Source: Camelus dromedarius (taxonomy: Eukaryota). Taken from it: DNA of 64,000 nucleotides. This document shows positions 11,556 to 24,811 of this stretch, in pieces; the stretch's first letter is position 1; each line of letters begins with the position of its first letter. The stretch spans positions 108,440,001 to 108,504,000 of the forward strand of contig NC_087437.1 of assembly GCF_036321535.1 (NCBI RefSeq), given 5' to 3'. The position numbers and the translations under genes were made by a program. The notes beneath the pieces were generated by a model. It was not told the DNA's origin, ran no database searches, and saw only the letters and a program-made list of their open reading frames with translations.

Positions 11556-14499
11556 GAGAGACAAGATTAAAGAGGCTGCTTCACCCTCGAGCATCACCGC
11601 AGAGGTGATAATGTGACGTGCTTACTCTAGGGCCATGCTGGTTGTGAAAATACCAGCGTACTTCCATGCAGACGAATAAGCAGCCCTTGGACCAGTGCCC
11701 AGTCTCCCCAGGAATCCAGCTCCTCTCCAGACCTCCTCAGGACCCAGTGACAATTGGCAGATGCCACTGGGGGGCCTCCAGAGCAGCTTCAGAGCTGCCA
11801 GGATTCATTCTGACGGGTCAGCGACAGGCTGACCGGTTATTATGTTCTGAATGTCACTCTGGGAAAGAAAGGGCTCCCAGTAAATCTGTGTTGAATGACT
11901 TTGTGGAAAGTATTCAAGACTTGGTGCAGTCTAGACCCCTGTTTATCTTTCCCCAAACGTATTCAATTACTGGTTCTTTTTTGGCAAACATTGATCTAGC
12001 TCACCCAATTCATTTTGCTAATGAGAAAATGGGATCAGAAGGTTGATTCATCCTAAGTCAGATAGCTAAGGAGAAGCCAATAGAGGGCCAGAAATCCATT
12101 GTCCCTCCCAAATGTCATGCCCGGTTGAGTCTTCCTAAAATGAAAGATGCTTTAGTTTGACTCTCACAGAGTGGTGACAACCTATAAGGTTTTATTGTGA
12201 ATCAATTAAACTATTTGAATTAATGTTAGTTTAAAGAGATATCATCATTTCTTTAACTTCAAACTCTCAGCCTTGAAATATATATTCTTATCAGGGCTAT
12301 GGAGATATTACAGGAAAATTCTACTGTATCTAACATTTTTCAGTCATACGATCCCAAACCTCTCACTGCAGATGCAGAATTGAGCTAAAGAGGCTTGCGT
12401 AATGTCACATAGCTACTTAGTCACAAATCCAAGGCCAGGACCCAGATCTCTTTACTCTCCCCATAGTGTTCATTCCTCCCAACCACAGCTGCACTCAGTT
12501 TTGCTTTGTAAAGGAAGTGTCTGTGTAAATGACCAGTTTAACACAACACAAGCGGCTATAACCGCTGTAACCGGGCAAGCTGACTACAAGTTTACTTTTT
12601 TCCAGGACAAGGTGAGAACAACCACATCTGAGAAGAGAAGGAACCCGGCAATGATGTACGGTAGGCTTCAGGAAATTGCTCTCTACTGGGATGCAGAGGG
12701 GTGTCCCTTAACTCTACCAAAAGGCACAGTTTTTAAAAACCAGGGACTGAATCATTGAGTTCCCTAAGGATCAATGAGGAATGGAGGGAGTATACAGAGA
12801 TAACAGAAGATGGAAGCAAAATGTCATGCCACGTGCCTTGGTAGAAAGTTATTTTCCTGCTACAGTCATTCACCTTTACAAGGGCATGTGTAGTTGTAAC
12901 TACTGCCCCTCAGCCCCGCCACCCCAGCATCCGGCTTCTCCAGCCTGGCCCTGGGGCATATCTGTTACTGAGCTGGATGATCTTTTGTGAGGAATCTGGG
13001 AGTTACATTCCCTGCCTTTCATCCACCCCAAACCACGAGGACACACTGGTTACCTTTGTGTGTTACCAGATAAGATTACAGAAGGAATTAGAGAGGTGCC
13101 TGTGATTCAGTTTAGGGCCAATGTAATTGCTACCACCTCATCATTGAAGGGCTTTGCAAAGGAAATAAGCACCATCAGGTTGCAAGAGTGATTTTCCTGT
13201 CCAATCCTAAAAAGGAACTGCCCTCAATAAATCATCTTCCTAATGGAAATGACAGAATTATTCTCCCAGGAGGGATAAACCCGGAGGACTGTACAAACCA
13301 CACGTCCCTCTTGAGGGTAATAGGAAGGAAATCCACAGCCACAGCTGCCTGGGAGGATCTAAGGCTTCCTAGGGTTTTGTTCCATCTCTCTCGCTCTGAG
13401 GTCACCCATAATGCCTTTTACAAGTCATTGTTTACATATAAAGATAGAATTCCTCTTAGTAAGTATGCTGGGTTTTTTTTTTTTTAACTATCTCTGTGGT
13501 TAATCACAAGGGAAACAAATTCATCATATATTTTAAGTAAAAGGAAAGTGTAAAATTAGTCTAAAATACCTTTTTGTTAATAACACCAGTAGAACTAAAT
13601 ACACTGGGAGAAAAATATTAACTGGTAATAGTGGTAGTTTTGGAAAAGATTGTATGTGATTATCTTCCCTTCTGTGTGCTTTTTTAATGTTTAGATTTCT
13701 ATACTTTAAAATTGGATTTTTAAGTACTTGTTATTAATTCTATAATATGTAACCTATAATAAGAGTTGAGATACATGCTAATATCAGTAGCTACTTTTTA
13801 AGTGGATCATAAAGATATGGATACTCTAATGAGATTTTAGAATCAGAACTAATAATTTCATTTTCTTCATCAATTGCATTAGTTTAAGAATTTGTAATGA
13901 ACTTTGTATCTGGCATTTGGCAAAGAAACTCCAACTCATTTTTTTGAAATAGATTTGTTAGAACTCAAGGTTTCTTTTCCAATCAAAACGTTAGGAAATG
14001 CCACTCCCAATCTGACGGAGCAGTCAGGCTTTTGATTTCTGAGAAATTCTTGCCCAGGTCACCAGAGAATGAAAGGTCAGCTTTGAGGAAGTTTCTGGAA
14101 CAAGAAGACTCTCAATGAAATTGGCTAGAATTTTTTGAGTGGTGAAAAAAAAATATCCTTTCAAAAAGGCGAGGTATAAGGGAATTAAGATCACAGTTTT
14201 ATCAAATTCAACCTAGGCATTTAGTCAGATCCTTTGAAACATTTTCCCAGGATTAAAATTCATATTTGTTGCATTTTTGGCATGATGACTAAGTGATTTG
14301 GGACACTGGCCCAAAAATCATAGTTTTTTTTTAATTATTACAACAAATTAATAAATCAGAGGAAATCATTTTTTTAACATTCATTGTGAATAGCTTACTT
14401 TGGGGGGGGGGATAAATCACAGTTTGTTATATATTTATTTTGCATTTTTAACTCTTTTCCCAAAGGTTTCCATGATAAATTCTATGGAGCACTTGAATA

Positions 14500-14962
14500 G
14501 AGTGGTTCTCCAAGTATGGCCCAGGGAACCCTAGGAATCCCTAAGACCCTTTTCGGGAGTCTACAACTTCCTGCATCTTCCATCTAAAGATGTATGTGAA
14601 GTCATACTGTAATAGATTAAATGCAAAAGCAGATAAGAAAATTTAGATTAAGCCAGACAGGAGAAAGATATGCAAAAAAAAGCAAAGCAATGTCACTTGC
14701 TCACTTTTTTGTTTTGAATAATATAGCTATTTTTCACAAAAAATAGGTCATTTATGTTAAAAAATTTTATTATGGCTTTTTATTAACTACTTTGGTTTAT
14801 TACTCTTATTTGTAATGTAGTAGTACTTTATAAATTTTCCATTTTAATTTATAATATAGTAAATATTAATAGCTATAACGAACCCAAATCAAAGATCTTT
14901 GGAATCTTCAATAATTTGAAGAATGCAAAGGGGTCCTGAGATCAAAAAGTTTGAGAACTGCT
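14500..14962 (+). mobile_element. Charlie4a-like hAT element
   Basis: agtggttctccaagtatggccc...ggggtcctgagatcaaaaagtttgagaactgc; matching inverted termini. Confidence 0.75.
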
Positions 14963-14989
14963 AAAATAAAGAAGTTCGTTTTAGAACAA

Positions 14990-15256
14990 GCTCAGAAGGA
15001 AGGCTGGAGGATGAGAGGCCACATGGAGTAAAGCTATATTCTTTCAGGTCAGGCCATCCTCTGTTAGTCACCCCGAGCTGGCCCGTCATTTGACCACAGA
15101 GGCATGAATAAACCCAGCCAAGGGCAGACATATCTGGCCTAGATGAAAAAGGACCACCTAGCCAAACTAAATTTCAGAGAAATAATAATTTTTATTTTAA
15201 GCCGCTAGGTTCTGGTGTGGTTTGCTGTGCAGCACTATTTTGGCAATAAATAATGA
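14990..15256 (+). mobile_element. MLT1 (MaLR) LTR fragment
   Basis: gagaggccacatggag...ttttaagccgctaggttctggtgtggtttgctgtgcagca MLT1-type 3' end. Confidence 0.65.
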
Positions 15257-15375
15257 TTTGTTCCTCCTCTGATTTCTCCAGAAAAGTTACTGTATATTTA
15301 CAATGAGTCCCAAATGTTTATGCTTCATTCTATATCATCTTATGCTGTGAAGTGATGTTTCTAAACCACTCGAGG

Positions 15376-18300
15376 AAGGAGAAAGATCAAGATGGCAGAG
15401 TAGGAGGACACTGAGCTCACCTTCCCCCAAAAATACATCAAAAAATATCTACATGAGGAGGAACTCTTTCTGAAAACAAACTGGAAACTGGCAGAAAAGC
15501 TCTTCCACAACCAAGACTGCGAAGAAAGATCCACATGGATTTGGGCAGGAAAGATATAGAAGCAATCAGATTGGGACCCATGCCCCCAGCAGGAGACATA
15601 GAAGAGGAGGTAAGGCTCAGGGATCCTCCTTGGGGAGTAAAGTGTTTGAGTCACTACTGGACACCCCAGCCCTGGGGTCCAACACCAGGAAGAGGAGCCC
15701 CCTTAGCTGGTTTGAAAACAGCTGTAAGAAACCCAGACTCTGCTCATGAAGAGCCTGTTCACATGTTTGTTTACTTCTGGGAAGAGCATGGAGGAAGCAG
15801 ACTGAAAACTGCCTGAAGCTCTGACCAGTTTGCTGAGACCATCAGGCATGCAACCTAGCTCACACCAAGTGCCTGCTCCAGCCCTTCTTGCTCCAGCATT
15901 CCTCTGCAGTGGGCTGGAGGCTGCCATTCCCAAAGAGACTGCACATACACAGAGGGAGTGAAACCAGCTTGGAGCCAACACTAGGGCTTCTGCTCCAATC
16001 CCACCATGAGCACAGGAGACGCTTGGCTCTGGCTTTAGCTCCTCCATCTGCAGCTCTACCTTACACCAAGATGGCAGCTGTCAACACACCCAGGGCTAAG
16101 ACATGACCCATCCTCCCTTCAGATTCTACTCTCCCAGAAAAGCCTCTGGGCACACACAAACTGCATCGGGATATTTCCACAAAGTACACCCCTTCAAGAC
16201 CAGGATAGGTAACTATTTCACCTAATTTCATAGAGGCAGAGAAAGTTAAACAAAATGAGAAGACAAAGGAATATGTTCCAAAAAAAAGAACAAGAAAAAA
16301 CTCTGAAAAAAAACCCTAATGGAACAGACATAAATAATTTACTAGATAAGAGTACAAAGCAATAGTAATAAAAAATGCTAACAGCACTTGAAAAAAGAAT
16401 AGATGAACACAGTGAGAACTTTAACAAGGAACTAGAAAATATAAAACCGGAGCAGCCAGAACTGAAGAATATAATAACTGAAATGAATAATACACTAGAA
16501 GAAATTAACAGCTGACTAGGTGATATAGAAAAATGCATAAGCAGTCTGGAAGATAGAGTAATGGAAATCAACCAATCAGAGCAGCAAAGAGAAAAACATT
16601 TTTTAATAAGATAGAAATAAATCAAGCATCTTTTCTAACCACAAATGTATGAAACTAGGAATCAATTACAGGAAGAATAATGGGAAGAATATAAACATGT
16701 GGACATCAAACAACATGCTACTAAACACACACACACACACACACACCCAATGAATCAATGAAGAAATCAAAGAGGAAATCAGAAAATACCTCAAGACAAG
16801 TGAAAATAAAAATATAACTTTCCAAAATCTATGAGATTCAACAAAAGTTCTCAGAGGGAAGTCTATAGCAATACAGGCCTACCTCAAGAAACAATAAAAA
16901 TCTCAGATAAACAATTTAACTTACTATCAAAAGGAACTAGGAAAAAAAAAAGTGCCTAAGGTTAGCAGAAGGAAGAAAATAATAAAGATCAGAAAGAAAA
17001 TAAGTAAAATAGAAACAACAAAAAAAGAGAAAAGATTGATGAAGCCAAGAGCTGATTTTTTGGAAAGATAAACAAAATTGATAAGTCTCTAGCCAGGCTC
17101 ACAAGGGAAAAAAAAGGGGAGAGGACCCAAATAAACAAAATAAGAAAAGAAACCAGAGAAACTGCAATCAACATCACATAGATACAAAGATTCACAAATA
17201 GTTATATGCAAACAAATTTGGCAACATAGAAGAAATGAATAAGTTCCTAGAAACATACAACTTCCAAAACTGAATCAGAAAGAAATAGATAATCTGAACA
17301 TTCTGATTACCATTAGTAAAATTGAATTTGTAATGAAAAATCTACCAGCAAACAAAAGTCCAGGACAGAATGGCTTGACCAGGGAATTCTACTAAACATA
17401 TGAATAACAGTTAATACCTATTCTCCTTAAACTATTCCAAAATTTTGAAGAGAAGAGAACACTCCCAAAATCATCATACAAGGCCACCATTATGCTGATA
17501 CTAAAACTAAACAAAAACTCTATAAAAGAAGAAAATTACAGGCCAATATTTCTGATGAATATAGATGCAAAAATCCTCAACAAAATACTAGCAAACTGAA
17601 TTAAGCAATAAAAAAAAATACACCATAATCAAGTGGAATTTATTACAGGGATGTAAGGATAGTTCAGTATCCACAAATCAATGTGATACACCACATTAAC
17701 AAAACAAAGGATAAAAAGTCACATAATTATCTTAATAGACATAGAAAAAGCATTTGACAAAATTCAACATCCATTCATGATAAAAATTCTTATCAGATTT
17801 GTCATAGAGGGAATATATTTCAACATAATAAGGTCATTTATGTCAAAACAACAGATAACATCTTACTCAATGGTGAAAAGCTGGAAGCTTTTTCTCTAAT
17901 ATTAGGAATAAAACATGGATGCCCACTCTTGCCACTTCTATTTAACACAGTATTGGAAGTCCTAGCTACATCAATCAAACGAAAAAGAGGAAATGAAAAG
18001 AATCCAAATTGGAAGGGAAGAATTAAAACTGTCACTGTTTACAGATTACATGATACTATATATAGTAAACCCTAAGCCTCTACCAAAAAACTATTAGAAT
18101 TAATAAATTAATTCAGTAAGATTGCAGGACTCAAGGTAAGTATACAGAAATGTTTTGCTTTTCCATACACTAAACATGTACAATCAGAAAGAGAAAGCTA
18201 TAAAACAATCTTGTTTAAAATCACATTAAAAAGAATAAAATACCTAGGAATTAAATTAATCAAGGAGGTAAAATAACTGTGCTCTGAAAACTACAAAACA

Positions 18301-20081
18301 TTGATCAAGGAAATTCAAGATAACATAAAGAAATGGAAAGACATCCTGTGCTAATTAATTGAAAGAATTAATGTTATTAAAATATCTGTATTTTCCCAAA
18401 GGAATCCAGATTTAATGCAATCTCAATCAAAATACCCATGACATTGTTCAGACAAGTCTAGAACAAATAATCCTAGCATTTATATGGAACCACAAAAGAC
18501 CCCAAATAGCCAAAGCAATCTTGAGAAAAAAATAACAAAGCTAGAGGTAACAGGCTCCCTGACTTCAGACTATACTAAAAATCTACAGTAATCAAAACAA
18601 TATGAAACTGGCACAAAAACAGACACATAGATCAATGGAACAGTATAGACAGCCTAGAATTAAACCCATGCACATATAGTCCACTACAAAGGAGACAAAA
18701 ATATACAATGAGGAAAAGAGAACTTCTGTAATAGGTATTCCTGAGAAAACTGGACAGCCACATGTAAAAGAATAAAATTAGAACATTTCTTCACAGCATA
18801 TACAAAAACAGACTCAAGATGGATTGTAGACCTAAATTTAAGACTGGAAACTATAAAACTCCTGGAAGAAAACACAGGCAGAACACTCTTTGACATAAGT
18901 CATAGCAATATTTTTTTGGATCTGTCTCCTCAGGCAAAGGAAACAAAAACAAAAATAAACCAATAGGACTTAATTAAATTTAAAATCCTTTTCACAGCAA
19001 AGGAGGCCATCAGCAAAACAAAAAGGCAACCTGCTGAATGGGAGAAAGTTATTTGTAAATGATATGACTAATAAGGGGTTAATATCAAAAATATATAAAG
19101 AGCTCATAGAACTCAACATCAAAAAAATCTGATTAAAAATTTGACAGAAGACCTGAATAATGTACATTTTTCCAAAGAGGAAATGCTGTTGGCCAACAGA
19201 CACATGAAAAGATGCTCAACATCACTAACATAAATCAAAGCCACAGTGAGATGTCACTTCATAATTGTCAGAATGGCTATCCATAAAAAGTCTATAAGTA
19301 ACAAATGTTGGTGAGGATATGGAGAAAGGAGGACCCTAGTACACTACTGGTAGAAATGTAAACTGGTGCAGTCACTATGGAAAACAGTATGGAATTTCCT
19401 AAAAAACTTAAAATAAAACTACCATATGATCCAGCAATTCCATTCCTCAGTATGTATCCAAAGGGGAAAAAAAAAAAACATAGCATTCAAAAAGATATAT
19501 GCACCTCAATGTTTATAGTAGTATTATTTTTGATTGCCAAGACATAAAAGAAATCTGTGTCCATCAAACAGATGAATGGATAAAAAAGATGTGGTGTATA
19601 CACACACATGGACACAGAGAGAGGAATATTACACAGCCATAAAAAAGAATGGAATGCTGCCATTTGCAACAACATGGATGGACCTAGAGAGTATTATGTT
19701 TAGTGAAATAAGCCAGACAGAAAAAGACAAGTACTATGTATTGTCACATATAGGTAGAATCTAAAAAATAAGACAAGCTAATGAATATAACAAAACAGGA
19801 CCAGACTCACAGATAGAGAACAGATTAGTGGTTACCAGTGGGGAGAGGGATGGGAAGAGGGACAAGATATGGGGTAGAGGATTAAGAGGTACAAACCACT
19901 ATGCATTCAATAAATAAGCTACAATGATATATTGTATAGTACAGAAGATATAGCTAATATTTTATAATGACTTTAAATGGAGTATAATCTATAAAACTAT
20001 TAAATCACCATCTTGTACACATGAAATTAATATAATATTGTAAGTCAACTATACTTTAATTTTTTTAAATAGAATGAAAAA
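15376..20081 (+). mobile_element. L1 retaining both ends (5'UTR, partial ORF1, most of ORF2, 3'UTR) with a large internal deletion; inactive
   Basis: 5' end aagatggcagagtaggagg; ORF1 coiled-coil remnant ~16255-16600; frameshifted ORF2 RT and C-terminal regions; TSD taaac(c/t)act(c/t)gagg at 15362-15375 and 20082-20095. Confidence 0.92.
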
Positions 20082-20396
20082 TAAACTACTTGAGGGAATA
20101 TAGTATATCTTAGCATATCTCTTTTGGCTCAGTAAATATGTAATTCATGGACTTTTTTGGAAACTAAAATTTCTAGACAAAGAAGGATTCCTTAAAATTC
20201 CTTATTTCTTACCTAGCACTCTTTCTTCCCCCTAATGTTAAAAGCGAGAGAGCTTCCTTTTCTGAAGAATCAGTTCATTTTTCATGTGTTTTTTTTTCTC
20301 CAAGTCGCAAACTCAATGAGCCCCAGAACTCAGTGAGCACAGAGAGCTTACAACCATAAAACAACAGCCTGATCCATCAGAAGAAAGCATTTTCAA

Positions 20397-20585
20397 CAGA
20401 TTTCTTCTGTATAGCACAGGAAACTATATTCAATATCTTGTAGTAACCTATAATGAAAAAGAATATGAAAACAAATATATGTGTGTATGTGTATGACTGA
20501 AACACTATGCTGTACAACAGAAACTGACATATTGTAACTGACTATACATCAATTTAAAAAATCAATTAATATAGTACACCAAAAA
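20397..20585 (+). mobile_element. 5'-truncated L1 3' end
   Basis: ctgtatagcacaggaaactatattcaatatcttgtag...ttgtaactgactatacatcaatt; degenerate TSD ending attttcaa. Confidence 0.85.
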
Positions 20586-21199
20586 AAGAAGCGCATATTT
20601 TCAATTTAATAGTTTTCACATTCCTATCATTGAAATTCTAGAACTCTGTAATCTGCTTTCTCATCACTTTTGTTATTACTGTTATTTTGGGAACTGTTTA
20701 AAAGAAAAGTGACTCCCTGCCCAAAAAGAGATCCTAGATTCTGCTCTGTGGCAGTCTCCAGGACAATTTCTAAATGCGTGATCACCTTTGCCATATGTCC
20801 CCTGAAATCTTGTGCTACGAGCAGACCAAGACAAAGATGTGAAGCTAGTCTTCCAGTCCCTGGCAATTCTTTTTCTGTCTCTCCCCTTTCTGGACAGTTG
20901 TCACCTCAACCCTTTAGGAACTCAAGGCCTAATGCTTCTTCTGACTAACAAAAGCCCTACATTGTGCCTTTTTCCCTTCAAAATGTTCCATGCTCCAAAA
21001 GTTCCTTGCTTTCTTTCCCAACTGAGTCCTTACCAATGTTGCCAATCTTACTAAAGTGCCTTTGATCCCACCTGAGTGCCTGGTAGAAGATTCTATGAAA
21101 ATAATTAATGTGAGTATTAGCTTAATAAATGAACTTGAACAAGTGTTTGCATAAAGGACACATTGTTAATAAAATTATACCAATGGTAATGATACTATT

Positions 21200-21468
21200 T
21201 GTGGCAGAGTCTACTCTCTGCTTATAATAATATTATGTTCTATTCTCATTCAAGGAACACGAACTTCTTCACATCCAGGATTACTTGGGAGACTCCCTGC
21301 TAAAGAACTTACATTTACCAGGCTCCCTAAATGACTATGTGGAGGAGGACTTCTTGCTAACCTGTTAACTATTAATTCATACCAATGTAGAAAACTTAAT
21401 TTTGTTTAAATTCAAAAATATTGAAGTTTATTTGCTACATCAGCTATAGTTACCCTAAGTAATATACC
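21200..21468 (+). mobile_element. Old MLT1 LTR remnant
   Basis: tgtggcagag... start and tttatttgctaca...accctaagtaatata end. Confidence 0.5.
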
Positions 21469-21507
21469 ATTCTTCTTTCATAATGTGATTTATCCTTTTC
21501 ATGGAAC

Positions 21508-21997
21508 TTTTTTAAATTAAAGTGTAGTTGATTTGCAATGTAGTGTTAGTTTCTGCTGTGCAGCACAGTGATTCAATTATGCATACATATATATATATAT
21601 ATACTTTTTCATTATAGGTTATTACAAGATATTAAGTATAGTTCCCTGTGCTATATAGTAGGTCTTTGTTGGTTATCTATTTTATATATAGTAGTGTGTA
21701 TCTCTAATTCCAAACTCCTAATTTATCCCTCCCCCCACTTTCCCCATTGGTAACCATAAGTTACCAAATATATATACAGTGGAATACGTGTGTGTGTGTA
21801 TATATATATACAACATATATGCATTGTGTGTGTGTGAGTGTGTGTATACACACACATATACACCACATCTTCTCTATCCAGTCATATGTCTATGGACATT
21901 CAGTTTGCTTCCATGTCTCGGCTACTGTAAACAGTACAGCTATGGACATTAGGGTGCAGGTATCATTTCAAATTAGAGTTTTCTCCTTATATATGCC
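21508..21997 (-). mobile_element. L1 3' end (ORF2 C-terminus and 3'UTR)
   Basis: ttaaagtgtagttgatttgcaatg...tatagttccctgtgctatatagta...ccatgtctcggctactgtaaacag. Confidence 0.85.
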
Positions 21998-22029
21998 ATG
22001 GCACTTTTTATCCATTCATTCACAAACAG

Positions 22030-22248
22030 AAGTACCACACTTTTTCTGTACAAAGCCAAATAGTAGATATTTTAGGCATTGTAGGCCATATGGTCCCCAT
22101 TGTGACTGTTCAACTCTGTCATTGTAGCATGAAACAAGCCACAGACAATACATCAAACAACTGGGCATGGCTGTGTTCCACTAAAACTTTATTTACAAAA
22201 AGTGGAAGCAGGCTGGATTTAGCCCATGGTATACTTTGTCAGCCCCTC
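22030..22248 (+). mobile_element. MER58A-like hAT MITE
   Basis: tttttctgtacaaagccaaatagtagatattttaggc...ggctgtgttccactaaaactttatttacaaaa. Confidence 0.8.
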
Positions 22249-22324
22249 TGGTAAATGACAGGTAAGCAAAGATCAAACCACAGTCTTTTCACAAAAGAAA
22301 CTAGAAACGTATCTTTCTGATATT

Positions 22325-22520
22325 AACTAGGGTCACCCTTGTTGCTGTACTTAGGGTGCTTGATTGGGGCTCGAACCTCTAAGATGGCTTCACCCTCCTA
22401 TCTGGTGTCTCACCCATTGTGACTGAAACATCTGAGGGCTGACTGAGCTCAAGGTTCCTTACACGGATCCCAAGAGGTCAGCAACAGAAGCTGCAATCCT
22501 TAAGACCTTAAAGCACATAA
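22325..22520 (-). mobile_element. MLT1 LTR fragment
   Basis: ctaagatggcttcac...cccaagagg...gaagctgcaa; similar to 24.5 kb copy. Confidence 0.55.
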
Positions 22521-22529
22521 ACTGAAAAA

Positions 22530-23650
22530 TGGTGTGCTGGGTGCATTGATAGAGGTTTGTGCAAGGGGAGTAGGAGGAGCAGAGAGAGTGAGGAGGGGCA
22601 AGAAAACACTGCAGAGGCTTCAGACAGAAAATGGCACTTCAGCTGAGCTATGAGTGTTGCTGAAGCAGAAAGTACAGTGTAATCAAAATTTTATTTAAAA
22701 AAAAAACCATTGCTATGAGTACAGAGAGACTAACAGTTAATAAAAGGGAAAAGCAACTTAAAAATTGGGTTTTAAAACAGTCCAGGCAGGAGATCTCAGC
22801 TAAGATCATGGAAGTGGAAATGACCAACAGAGAAATCATAATAATATATTTAAGACTCAGAAACCAATAAGATTCAGGGGATAGGGGGAAGTAGAGTAGA
22901 GTAGGATCAAGCCTGTGTATCTGGCTTCACAAAAGGAAGGTGCTACCCAACCAAAACACAGGAGAGAAAGTTTGGCAAGGGCCAGGGGTGGTAGCAAAAA
23001 ATTACTGAGTTTGGATTACCTCTCACATATTCAGGCAGAGAGCTACAAAAGACAGTAAGATAATTCAATAGCTGGGACCAGACCAAAGACATACAATAAT
23101 AATCTTCAGCATGTAACATAGGAATAAGTGAGTTAAATCAGGGAGCATGCAATGAGAAAACAGGCTTGCAGAAAGAACACAGGTCAACAGCCGTCCATTA
23201 AAAGGTGATTGATGAGCAGCTAAAACGTGACTGGAAACAAAACAGTGAGAAAGATGAGTGGAAAAACCAAAAGAGCACTGGGAAAATAAAGTTTCCAGAT
23301 GAGATGAGTATTTTCACTAGATTTGGAAGTTCAAAGACCACTGGTGAGTTTGTTCCAGCAAAAGTTCAATAGAGAGGGAAATTTCCTTAGAGTAGGTGAT
23401 AAAAAGTGAGGAAAGTATGTGTAAATAATCCCCATAGAACTCGATCATGAAGCAAAGAAAAGGGAAAGAATTTAGAAAGCGTTCAATGTGAGGGAAGACT
23501 CATAGTAATAATGGAGAGACTTGAAGTGTTGAGGAGGAGATATTGCAAAGGTTATGATAGAAGATAAAAAGCACAGAAAGAAGAAGTACAAAATCTGTAA
23601 GGAATGAGATGGAACAGAACAAAGAGAAGGAGGGGGAAATTTAAATAGGG
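22530..23650. mobile_element. Degraded L2 fragments
   Basis: Purine-rich stretch with L2-like motifs; highly diverged. Confidence 0.4.
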
Positions 23651-23750
23651 GAACATCTCACCCCACCAAGATGAATTCATTAGTGTGGAGGCTGAGTGCA
23701 TGCTCTATCTCATCTATGAAGAAGGACTTTAGGTCATTGGCTTAGAATAG

Positions 23751-24198
23751 TGTGAACTGTGAACGACCATGTGGCACAAAGGACTTGCTCAAACACTGTG
23801 CTAAAAGAAATTCAGCCTGGCTTCCACCTGCTCTGGGCTATGATCCTAGTGGTGACCCTAACCCTAAGGCTGAGCCTCTGCTCAAGAAAACACAGCGCTG
23901 CCAAATTGCAAAAAATTTTATTGTCCCAACCCACCTTTCCAAACCATTTTCAGTAATTATCCACCTATCTTCTGTTATTTTTCCACTTCCACATTGCCCT
24001 CTAGTCCCTCTACACAACCCATTTTTCTTCCGCATGGTCCCTTTTTGTTCCCTCTCCATTCCCTTTAAAAATCTCTGTCAACTGTGTCTTAGCTGGAGTG
24101 GAACTCAGTCTGTACTGGAGTCTCTCTTCCCTACTGCAGTAGCCTGAATAGAATCTGTTTTGCCACATTTAACAAACAGGCTCTGTTTTTCTTTAACA
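23751..24198 (+). mobile_element. ERV1-type LTR
   Basis: tcttccctactgcagtagcctgaatagaatctgtttt...tttttctttaaca U5-like end; 5' boundary uncertain. Confidence 0.55.
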
Positions 24199-24336
24199 AG
24201 GGTACGTGAGTAAACGGGGGAAAAACCAAAGAAGGGCTTCATCATCCCCAACAAATACTTCACTAAGCCAAGCTCTATCACCCCTCCTATAAGGGAAGTG
24301 TATGTGAAGGCAAAATCATGTTTGAACTTGATGTTT

Positions 24337-24811
24337 GTACCAGTTATCTATTGCTGCATAGCAAACCACCCCAAAACTTAGTGGCTCAAAACAACAAAGC
24401 TTTTTTATAGTTTTCATAATTCCGTGGATTGGCTGGGCTCAGCTAGGTAGTTTGTTTGCTTCTTATGATATTACAGGATATTCAATGAAGTGTTGGACTG
24501 GGGTTGAATTTCTAAGATGGCTTTACTCTCAGTACCTGGTAACTCATCCAGTGTGAATAAAAATTCTAGGGGCTATTGAAGCTCAAGCTCCTTTGCATGG
24601 TGCTGGATCCCAAGAGGTCAACAATGCTCTTTAAAACCTAAGTATGAGGTCACCCAGGGTCATCTCTCTGTATTCTGTTGGTCAAAGCAAGTCACAGAGT
24701 CAGCCCAGATTCAGAAGGAAGGGGAATAGATTCCCCGTCATGAGAAGGGAATGGTATATAACCAACAGACAGGACTGGGACTGGCAGCCCTGTTTGCAAA
24801 CATCCTACCAC
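24337..24811 (-). mobile_element. MLT1 (J/K-like) LTR
   Basis: tgtaccagttatctattgctgcatagcaaaccaccccaaaacttagtggc...ctaccaca. Confidence 0.8.

Noticed and set aside
11627..11858. Minus-strand segment with acceptor and GTAAGC donor
   Set aside because: Stops in all three frames and no independent support; at most a non-coding exon.
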